This document shows positions 1 to 9,939 of a stretch of DNA of 20,000 bases, one piece after another (position 1 is the stretch's first letter; each line of letters begins with the position of its first letter). Below the pieces are notes generated by a model, which made no database searches, had not been told where the DNA came from, and saw only the letters and a program-made list of their open reading frames with translations. The position numbers were made by a program, and so were the translations under genes. Source of the stretch: Spizellomyces punctatus DAOM BR117 (taxonomy: Eukaryota); NCBI GenBank assembly GCA_000182565.2, contig KQ257458.1; one strand, 5' to 3'.

Positions 1-164
1 AGGTGCGAAGTTGTTACGCTTACTGTTGGCAATTTGAGACTATGTCTTGTTCCTTTTCTGGAGTCTTCATACCGTTTATCCCACGCTTCCTTGCGCATGT
101 CCTTGCGCCGAAGACCTTGTGGGCGGGTGGATGACGAAGACCTGACGTTGAAATTCACTTCCAT
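1..164 (-). CDS. Possible first exon of an unidentified gene running off the left edge (MEVNFNVRSSSSTRPQGLRRKDMRKEAWDKRYEDSRKGTRHSLKLPT)
   Basis: ATG at 164 opens a frame that stays open to the window edge. A consensus donor GTAAGC at 23-18 follows 47 codons. The orientation is divergent from IFT56. No family recognised. Confidence 0.3.
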   Translation of the reverse strand, partial: MEVNFNVRSSSSTRPQGLRRKDMRKEAWDKRYEDSRKGTRHSLKLPTVSVTTSH

Positions 165-635
165 CGTTGAGGAAATCTGCTGCCGCTAATGTTGATAAGT
201 TTTGGAGAGTTTGTAATAGTTGGTGGGCAGTGGTGACCTCGATATTTCCGCCATGTTTTGGTGGCACAGTCATAAACTTGCAGTTTTACGGACCTGATAC
301 TTTGCAACTTCCTGTAATGGACTTTGATTGCCCTTCCGTCAAGCTACCGGCTCAAAACAGCAATGTGTGAGCGACCTCAAAATATTTATAAAACACACAT
401 TGATTGAGATGGCAGAAGCAGCCGGAAAGTTAAAGCCTATGCCTTCCTGGCTGCGGTTTGAAGTTCGTGGTCGCAGATTATGTAAGCTTGACGCGGCCAC
501 TGGAAATAACTGATCTCAACTAGTAGCCATTAGTCGCCCACCTTCTCCAGTAGATATCTCGTTTCAAGATGGTAATTCACAAGCATCCACACGTTATGTT
601 TTGCCTATCTACAAGATAACCAATTGGCGGGGTAG

Positions 636-2991
636 ATGTTATCACGAGTTAAACCCGCCGTCAGTACGGGACCGGGGGGGACAGCAGGCGGCATCGTAAA
701 CATTGACAAGAAAAAGAAAGCGCCAAAACTGGAAGATTTTGTTGAGAGTAGAGACTTCACAGGAGCGATTACCCTTTTGGAGGTAGGATTGCAACTATCG
801 TGGTTAATTGCAGCGAATGTGGAGCCAAACCATCTTCTGCGGAACAGTTCAACGCAGCGGCTGGAAAACAAGATCAAGATACGTTGGCATGGCTTGGATA
901 TGCCGCGTTTCATTTGAGTGATTATAAAAAGGCCATGGAGGTGGGTTCTCTCGATCTTTAAACTGTATCGATCAGTGCGGCCGTCTCTGACATGGATCAA
1001 CGCCTTGGAAGGAAGACGTACCAAGCAATGTTGCAAGACCCGAAATGTGATCCTTTGGTGCATCTTTATCTCGGATGTTGCTATTTCTTCTTGGGAATGT
1101 ATAGGGAGGCAGACGAGGAGGCTCAGAAAGGTGAGGTGAATGAAAAGGTCAATGACCATGACGGTGTGCTAACTGGAGGATGCTGCAGGACCTACCTGCA
1201 AATTACAGAACAGACTTCTTTTTCACCTATCCCACAAATTTAATGACGAGAAACGCTTGATGGGGTACCATCAGAATCTTCAGGATGTGATTGAGGATCA
1301 GGTAAATGCAATCTACCTGGAACTCGAACGCGCACTTGATGAACCTCAACTCCCGACAGCTGAGCTTGGCGTCTATCCATTACCTTCGAAGCCACTACCA
1401 AGAAGCGATAGATATTTACAAGCGGATACTGGTTGAGCATCGGTAACGGTTGATGTTTCTCTTCGGCCGATCCAGTGCAGTGGTCAAACTTAACCGCCAT
1501 CTCATAATTTCAGAGAATATCTGGCCATAAACGTCTACATTGCCATGTGCTACTACAAGCTTGACTACTACGACGTCTCGCAGGAAGTCCTATCTGTCTA
1601 CCTGCAACAGTATCCGGACAGCGTGGTTGCCATCAACCTCAAAGCGTGCAATCATTTCCGACTGTACAATGGAAAGGCCGCAGAACAAGAATTCAAAGCA
1701 ATGACCGAGAAAATGTCACCCCATTTCCACTTTGCAGAGGATCTGATAAAGCATAATTTGGTACTAAGGGAATGCGCTGGTGATTTGAATGATAGGCAAC
1801 ATCTGACTAGAGTCATGATAGGTTGTCTTTCGAAATGGTGAAGGTGCCCTGCAGGTTTTTCCACCTCTTCTGGACGTTATTCCCGAAGCTAGATTGAATC
1901 TCGTAATATACCACTTGCGAAATAACGACATCATCGCCGCTTTCAATCTAATGAAGGATGTCGAGCCATCCACACCCCAGGTACCTGTCGTCTAGATCGG
2001 AATATTGTAACGTTGCTTATCCACCAGGATAGGAATACATCCTGAAAGGGATCGTCAATGCGGCACTCGGCCAAGAACAAGAATCTCGAGAGCATCTCAA
2101 AATTGCACAGCAATACTTTCAACTGGTGGGAGGATCGGCGAGCGAGTGTGACACAATACCCGGGAGGCAGTGCATGGCTTCTTGCTTCTTTTTGCTGAAG
2201 CAGTTTGAGGATGTTTTGATATATTTGAATTCCATCAAGGTATTTGTTCACGGTAGTTTTCATTGTAACTGCATTCTGTAGTAACACTGAAAGGATAGGG
2301 ATACTTTTACAATGACGATACCTTTAATTACAACTATGCACAAGCCAAAGTGGCAACTGGAGCGTACGAGGAAGCTGAAGAGATACTGTTGACAATACAA
2401 AATGAGAAGTGCAAAAATGACTATGCATATTTGAGCCATTTAGCGCGATGCTGTGAGTGGACAGTTCGATTGGACGCAACAGGGTATAGATAATGTATCT
2501 AACGTTGTTCTTACCATACAGATGTCATGAACAAGAAACCTCGACTTGCCTGGGAACTATACCTCAAAATGGAGACTTCAAGTGAATCCTTCAGTCTACT
2601 TCAACTCATAGCCAACGATTGCTACAAGGTAATAGTCTTTACATTGCCTACTTTCAACCTCTTTCATCTCCTTACCCGATTGCACCAAAGATGACCCAAT
2701 ATTACTACTCAGCGAAAGCATTCGACGTATTAGAACGCCTCGACCCCAACCCGGAATATTGGGATGGAAAACGAGGCGCTTGCATAGGCGTATTCAAGCA
2801 AGTAGTGCAAGGGGAAGAACCAAAAGAGTTGCTACGGGATGTAGTTACAATGTTGAGAAATACGGCCAATCCGCAGGTGGAATATATCATTAGGATTGTC
2901 AAGAAGGTACGCTTTCCGATTGTCCTTGTCGATGATTTTGTTTGCTGACACGTCGCCGTAGTATGCAAAAGATAATCGGATACCATTGTGA
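636..2991 (+). CDS. IFT56: Intraflagellar transport protein 56 (TTC26/DYF-13), TPR protein of IFT-B, about 556 aa
   Basis: Exons 636-782, 848-940, 1016-1130, 1189-1301, 1360-1442, 1514-1760, 1822-1980, 2033-2239, 2299-2452, 2522-2628, 2691-2906 and 2962-2991 join in frame through GT-AG introns. Diagnostic TTC26 motifs: [93 protein letters not shown]. Confidence 0.97.
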
Positions 2992-3434
2992 GCTGTGCAA
3001 GTTAGTACAATAGTGGAAAGTTGCATGTCCGTTCTTTGTATACACAATTTGGGTGTAACTGTTCAGTGTCGTGGCATTGTAAAAACGCAGACATCAAGCT
3101 ATAACTTCTCTAGCAGTTAGCGTCCTTCTTACACATCCTCCTTACACAGAGTTTGGACTGCTAGTGTATTGTATCATCGAAATCATGCAACAGCGAATAG
3201 ATGGAATGATGGAAGGTGGACAGGAAGAAATCACACTCTTCAAATGCACTACCAGACACGTCTGTGGCTTGGCACTTGTGGCTTTGGCCAGCATGAATGG
3301 GACTCTCCACAAACCAGCTCGACTATTGGAGATCAGGCAGCGATTGCATTCTCCTTCTAACAAAACCCCTTTGACCGTACCAACAAAGCCTAATATCAAG
3401 ATTGAGCAACCAGTGAACGGGAATCCATTTCAAA

Positions 3435-4816
3435 ATGACGTCCACCTATGAAGACATTTTCGGAGGGTCTGAGAGTGAGCTCGATGAGCTGGAGGACGTT
3501 CTATCCGATGACGAGGAGCGACAAGCGTCGGCGAACGAAAGTGCCGATGAATACGAATCCCCTGTAAAACTCCCATCCTTTAAAAAGAAAGACAGTGCAC
3601 AAGTTGAACTTCCCGAAGAGTTGAAACGACGAGCACCCAAAAAACGGAAAACACCATCCAAACGGGGCCGTGGAACTGTGGAAAGACAGCCACATGATTC
3701 GGAAGAAGAGGCACCGCGAGAGCGTTCGCTGAGTCCGGATGCTTTGAAGCGATTAGAAGCGTCAATGGATGTTGAGGAAGCATTGAAGAAGACGAGGACC
3801 AAACGACCAAAGCAAGATTTACCTGATGAGGCGGAAATGGATGAGCGGATGGTCAAATTGCTCACAGACATGAAGAGAGCGGCACAACAGGACGGAGAGT
3901 TGAATAAAAGTAATCACCCTGCTATCGAAAAGCTGAAAATGCTGCCAAGAGTCATGAACCTGCTGCAAAGGGAGCAGTTGTATGAGCAATTTTTGGAGAA
4001 CAACGTTTTGGAGGGCATGAAACTCTGGTACGTGGGATTGGAGGCTACTGGTCGTTATCTGAGAAACGAGTCATGCTCAACCACTGGTTCGCAGGCTGGA
4101 ACCATTACCCGACGCCTCACTACCGAGTCTTGACATTCAAAGAAACATTTTCGAAACTTTGACCAGAGTATGTCGAATATGTAGTCATCGCGCCGACTTG
4201 GGATCTATGGCCTAAACAATTTCCATGATGCTGGTCATTGATAGATGCCAATTAGAACATCGCATCTCCGTGACAGCCTGATCGGTCGCATTGTAAATTT
4301 CTATTCAAAATGCGAACGGGTTCCGCCAGAAATAAAGAAGACTGCCGCACAGCTAGTTGGTAGGTGGAATGTATAGTTACGATGGCATGTGCCCCTTGCT
4401 CAACTCAATCGTCCTTAATAGACAAATGGATGCGCCCCATCCTGCACCGCAGCGCCAGCTACCGTGACCACAAAATTGTGGTAGCATCAGTCGACCCTAC
4501 CGAGCGACCCATTAAGAGATCGGCGCGACCCTCTATTGCCAAGCCAGGCGGCAAGGATGAGGATAGCTCAATGCGCGCCCGGATCCCACAACGGGTCGCA
4601 CCCGCCTTTACTGTCATGCCAGCGTCGAATGTTGTTGTGTCAGGGTTATCCTCAGAAAGCAGAAATAAACAGGTGGGTAGCCTTAATGCAATTTAGACAC
4701 AATAGTATCCGTTCAGATACTCACGTGGTTTGCAGATGTTGCAAAACGACAAATATAGGCGTATGCAACAGCGAATGAAATTGATGAAGAGTGCGGGAAA
4801 AGTCAAAGGGCGATGA
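3435..4816 (+). CDS. SPN1: Transcription elongation factor Spn1/IWS1 (TFIIS N-terminal-like domain), about 370 aa
   Basis: Exons 3435-4027, 4095-4167, 4245-4359, 4422-4672 and 4736-4816 join in frame. Acidic/basic N-terminus followed by IWS1 core motifs [63 protein letters not shown] and RARIPQ. Confidence 0.93.
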
Positions 4817-5678
4817 TACTATTTGATAAACTTTGTCCATCGTTGTGGCGTCTTTGCACCTTTGTGCGTTTGGGGGTTACGAGTAGAAGCTTGATAACTA
4901 CCTTGCGTTGTTTCCCTATTTAATTAAAAAACGTGGGTGTGCAATCTTCTAGAGTGCTGTCACGTGAACATGAAGTAATCGTCGGAGTTTGGAATGCACA
5001 CCGTCTAGGAACCCCATGGGACCTGTGACAGGTTGTGTAGTATTTTCAAACGTATCTTGATTACTTCTGCGAATCTTTTGCAGTGCGGCAAGTGGGTTCA
5101 GATCACTTCAAGGATATTTCTCCGCAATCAAGAAGATCTGGACCTTATTTTGCAAGTTCCACAGTCCTGTTGCTCTTGGCGGTAAGCCGTTGCCGTACAA
5201 TCGACTTGGTACGATCAAACCCCACAGTATCCCCATAGTCTCCCGAAGTTTATGTGGCTGAAAAATCCTCCGAATCGGCGAGCCATGTCATGCGATGTCA
5301 TGTAGCTCCGGTTACTATTTTCACTTGCACCCTCGTTCGTATCCTTCTATCTAAACTGGCGCTCAAAATAGTAACTTCCGGATATGTGTTGTACGCAGGT
5401 CATGGATGTTTACCAAGCAAATAATGCGTTATTCGGAGGAAGAAACAATCCAAGGAAAGGCGGATCTGGTGTTAAAAGTTGGAACCTGGATACGGCCGAG
5501 GACCAATACTTATTTTTAGAATCCAAACAACTTCCAACTTGGCCAATTTTTGGTAATTTCGGCATATGGTTAGATATCGGCAATATTGCAGTTCTTGAGG
5601 GAGCCTGGGTCATATCTCCTCGTGTGTTGACGAGAGCTCCCAAATAAGTTCCAAGTTGAACAAAAACAAGCGACATAC

Positions 5679-5710
5679 CCCCGCATTATTCCCCGCATTA
5701 TTCCCCATTT
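5679..5710. repeat. Short tandem repeat (CCCCGCATTATT)x2 plus a partial copy, upstream of the HMG gene
   Basis: Exact 12-nt units at 5679-5690 and 5691-5702, followed by CCCCATTT. Confidence 0.85.
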
Positions 5711-5767
5711 ATATTCTGGTTGGTCGGCACGCTGCTTGCAAATCTTCGAAGGGAAACACACGAAAAC

Positions 5768-7512
5768 ATGGGCTACAGAAAGACCAAAAAGCTAAAGGCT
5801 AATCCTGCCCACCTGTTCTTGCAAGCTCCATCAATGCACGGGCAAGGCGGGAGCGTGGATGATGATCCAGCTCGTAGTATTGATTCACCGCTGGATGCAA
5901 CGATTGTGGAAACCGAATACCCTACAGAGGAGGAGCGGGCTTTTGAACATGGGCACGGCCAATTTGGACATGGAGCGGATTCTGGGTTCATGCATAGACA
6001 GTTTGCGTCGTCATCGACATATCCCCTACCTCCGTACGGAGGACCGTTTTACTTTCACGGGCCTACTCCGCCGGCAATGCCTTATACGAGCTACTGGGAG
6101 CCAGGTGTGCCTGTTATTGGACCAGGAGCAGCATACGGTCAAGATCACCTCCCACCTACCATCCAGGTCTCCCTCACGAGTCCGATATCCCGATCCGCGA
6201 GCGATCCGAGCGTTTCGGACGGCTCTCGCAAAGGATCGCTAGCCATTACCACTGATATGTTTTCCTCGCTGGCCGTGGACATCAAGGACCGTCCGGCGTC
6301 ACATGCCACTTTAGGACGACCTTCTCGGCGTGGTTCGTTTGGACACTCCGCAGGGCATCCGGTACACGTGCCGGGAAGGTTGTCGTATTACACCCCTAAA
6401 CAGCCCAATTTCTCACCTCAAGAACATGTGGATGAGTCTGGAGATGCGGGGTGGTGTTATGTTCCGCAGGGCTATTATCCAGTACTAGTCCCTGCGCATG
6501 TACCGGCGAACGCAGAGGTGTTGACTGGTTTGCAACAAATGGGAGGCATCTTACCGAGACTGTCGTCCCGACCTTATGATACCAGCTTTCAGGTAGAGTA
6601 CATAATTGTCCCTGCTCAGTGGGCTTGACTCACTAATGATTGTATAGACCCCTGCTTCCTCAACCCAACCTGAGATGTCCAATGTGAAAAGCTACAACCT
6701 TCAAAAACCAAAGAAAGCCCCGCGACCCGCCAATTCGTTCATAATATACCGAAGGGAAAAGCAAGACGAAGTAATGCGGGCCAACGAAGGAATCACCAAC
6801 AACGAGGTAGAGTACTGTGCCTCTTTGATATCCACGCTTCCAGCATTATTAAACCCTTGTCAAACAGGCTTCCCGCCTCATTGGCCAAATGTGGGCCAAC
6901 GAACCGGCCGAAGTCAAAGAAATCTACAAACGCAAAGCCGAAGATGCCAAACGCCTACACAACATTACCTTCCCTGACTACAAATACGCCCCACGCAAAC
7001 CCTCAAAAACGCGAAAAGTCGAGACAACCACCAACAAGAAGCGAAGTTTTTCGGAAGGTATGGATGAACCCTCTGGAAGTTTTAGTACCACTCAAGGGAG
7101 TACGGGGAGTTTGGTCGATAGTTCTACACCTGCTTCTCCAATGTTGAGCCGCGACGAGGAATCCAATACAGTACGGCACCCAAAAACATGGGTCGCGCAC
7201 AACCCGTCTCACCCCAAATGGACACCTATACCAATCTTCCACATGGGCCCCTCCCCCTCGCAACCCGATATCCCCCAACATACCTACGTCCCCTGGCAAG
7301 CCCCCGAGAACCCACACCTAACGCCACCCATCTACGAATACCCTTCCCAGACCTCATTGCATTCGACACAGGATTTGTCGTTTGGGAACGAGCAAAGATC
7401 GAATTCGGCACCGCCGGGACAGGCTCAAATGTTTGGGCAGCAGGTGCAGGGGAGCGTAGAGGAGCCGGCGGCTTCGACGTCCGCGCCGGTGTGGCTGCAT
7501 CCCGCTCAATGA
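5768..7512 (+). CDS. Sequence-specific MATA/SOX-class HMG-box transcription factor, about 540 aa (start uncertain)
   Basis: Exons 5768-6592, 6648-6806 and 6868-7512 join in frame. The spliced HMG box reads KAPRPANSFIIYRREKQDEVMRANEGITNNE^ASRLIGQMWANEPAEVKEIYKRKAEDAKRLHNITFPDYKYAPRK and is flanked by Pro/Ser-rich low-complexity arms. The start may instead be ATG 5834 if GCTAAT...GCAAG (ending 5825) is an acceptor. Confidence 0.9.
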
Positions 7513-7913
7513 GACGGATTTATACCGTTTAATCTCTTCTAGTTGGTTTCCTGTAAAGCTTGAATGTTTTGGACGATTTTAGTTCTTTTCACGGAGATGT
7601 AGATCGTTGCGTTTTCGTTTTTTCTTTTTTTGGTTCCACCTCTTAATATTCCGCAAAAACTATTGTAATATAGAGTCCTATACGTTTACCACGTTTATTT
7701 TGGCTGCATGCTTGCCTCAGCTACTTCCGGATGAAATGGTGATGCACAATGTGCTGTCGTTCTGCTTACTCTTGTATTGTTTCCAACCTCGTCGATCGGA
7801 GCCGCTTATGTCAGCGAAGCGGCATTTATGCGGGCTGTTACCATGGCATTCTAACTCGCCCATTCCACCGCCAAGCACAATACTGTGGCCGTATCAGCAA
7901 CAACCAGAAACAC

Positions 7914-9057
7914 ATGCGATCACCACGTATCCCCGTAACCTCGTTCCGTCCCGTCCGCCCAACGGGGCTCTTTGTTCTCCGAGCACGGCCCCATTCTACT
8001 AGTATCCCATACCGCGTGCGTCGAGTCTCGCCGTCATGGATGGCAATGGGTGTTGGTGCTGGCGTGGGTGTTGGAATGTGCCTGCTGGGGTGGCCGGGTG
8101 TAGTGCTTGCAGAGAAACTTGAGCTTGACGATAACGTGGTGCTGGGTATGTACAATGTTCATATTTAAATTCCAGCCCTGACGCAAAAGAGTACAGAGCC
8201 CGCATCCAAGAAGCATGTGCCAAAAACCCTTGTCCTAACGTATGCCACACCCCCGAAACCCCACACACTCCATCTCCTCGGGCTCGGCATCCGACAGGTT
8301 CGTAACCGTACATTTTACACTGCGCATACATAGCTAATAGGGCGGAATAGGTGACTTTTTTAAACATCAATGTATATACGATCGGTTTTTACGTGGGCCG
8401 GGAAGCGCTGGACCGGGTTCGGATGGGTGAGGTTTGGAAAGGATTTGAAGGGAAGGCACTTGAGGGATTTGTTGAGAAACTTGTTGAGGGGGATGTGGCT
8501 GTGAGGATTGGTGAGTTGCTTTTTGAATAGGCCCAGCAAAGGAGCTACTCGCAGAATACGGAAATCGAAATTTACCTATCTTGCAGAACCTGTTCGAGAC
8601 ACGGACGGCCCACATCTTCGAAATGGCCTCATGCGCATGCTCACATCCCGTCTCACGACCTCCTCACTCAACGAACGCCAAAAACAAGAAATCCTAGCCC
8701 ACATGGACAATTTCCGCGCCGCATTTCCTAGCGGACGCATACGCAAAGGCGAGGAATTTATTTTCGTCAAGACAAAAGAAGGGCTACGTGTTTTCTTTGA
8801 GGTACGTTACGGGAAATGGTTTATAATTGTGTATACGACTCACTGTTGTGTAGGGAACGGAATTGGTTTTGATTCCCTCCCCATGGATCGCCCAAATGTT
8901 TATGGAGGGATATTTGAGAGAAAAGAAGGCAATTTCACCAAAGGTATGTGTAGTGGATGTTCCGTTTACCACTGGGTGAGCTCATGTTTCGGTATAGTTG
9001 CGACAGAGTATTTCGCAAGGGTTGGAAGACCTTGTGACGGTGAAGGTTGCGAATTGA
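7914..9057 (+). CDS. Mitochondrial chalcone-isomerase-fold protein (Aim18/Aim46-like), about 285 aa
   Basis: Exons 7914-8145, 8197-8297, 8351-8510, 8587-8801, 8854-8943 and 8998-9057 join in frame. An Arg/Ser-rich, acid-free presequence is followed by a Gly-rich hydrophobic segment, then the CHI-like motifs LLGLGIRQVTFLNINVYTIGFY, RIEPVRDTDGPHLRNGL and FMEGYL...ISPKLRQSISQGL. Confidence 0.85.
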
Positions 9058-9632
9058 CGTTATCCACATGTAGGGAAAGCATTTTGGAAGAGGAACGTTG
9101 TGAATATATTATACGCCTAATAATGGTTTGGAGGCGCATCAAAACCGCTATTGCCGATTGATACCCTGCTTGTGCGCGACAGATATCAAGCTTGTCACAT
9201 CTGCAGACGACTTGTTCAACTGCCCTCTCAACCGCAGAGGGCGCATCAGGGCATGCATCGTAATCATTTCTCCGGTGTCCCGATTCCGGATGGTGTCCAT
9301 TCCGTACAAGGCATTTCAACACGTTGTTTCCTCCCTGCATCAGCAACCCTGTCCGCTTTTGCCATCTCACACATTTTACTTCTTAAAGTTTCCCCTACCG
9401 TCCTACGATGCCCGCACACTGCCCTCCATAACAAACTTTTCAACAAAAGCACAGGCATCCCGAATTCGTAGCATACATCGTCCACATCCACGCCCTCGTT
9501 AACGGGATCCACCAAAACGCGTATCCACGCTTCCTGTTCGTTTTAGTCGACGCGCTATACATCCTTGGAGTGCCCAAGTGAAAAGGTGCGCTCCAATACT
9601 TGCGCACGGTGTACTTCCATTACGGGACACAT
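8966..9632 (-). other. Uncertain orphan gene or pseudogene remnant (possible 3-exon model, about 178 aa)
   Basis: Exons 9632-9600, 9533-9399 and 9334-8966 join in frame through GT-AG introns of 66 and 64 nt. However, the 3' end overlaps the last exon of the CHI-like gene in antisense, and no family is confidently recognised. Confidence 0.25.
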
Positions 9633-9939
9633 GTGTTTCGTTTTTCGTCTTCGGTGGGGATCCAGGGGATGTAAGAGCAGGGTGTGTACAGAGTAGGTGG
9701 TGAGGGCGGTGCTTTGGGGAGGCTACGTAGACTGGGACGATCCCAGGTATCACACTGATTACGTTAAGCACCTGTTCAGAAACTCACATCATTCATATTC
9801 TTTTTATATTGTTTTTTACAGTTATTTTTGTGAATATGTTTCGTAAGTTATCTAAAAACCTATTTTTATCGAGTCGGCATCGTAGGAAACTATAAGGGTA
9901 TCCAATGTCCATACATGGTCCAGCAACCTATCCCCACAA

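Noticed and set aside
605..3871. Long antisense or alternative-frame ORFs (e.g. 605-1159, 3446-3871) and intergenic ORFs 3142-3451
   Set aside because: These are shadows of real exons or short non-ATG frames without recognisable motifs.
3435..9057. Mucorales-type sex locus synteny around the HMG gene
   Set aside because: No triose-phosphate transporter, RNA helicase, SLA2 or APN2 gene is present in the window.
9148..9335. In-frame TGA in a minus-strand frame (ETTC*NALYGMD...) as a possible selenocysteine codon
   Set aside because: No resemblance to a known selenoprotein family, no credible upstream exon in that frame, and no SECIS element recognised.
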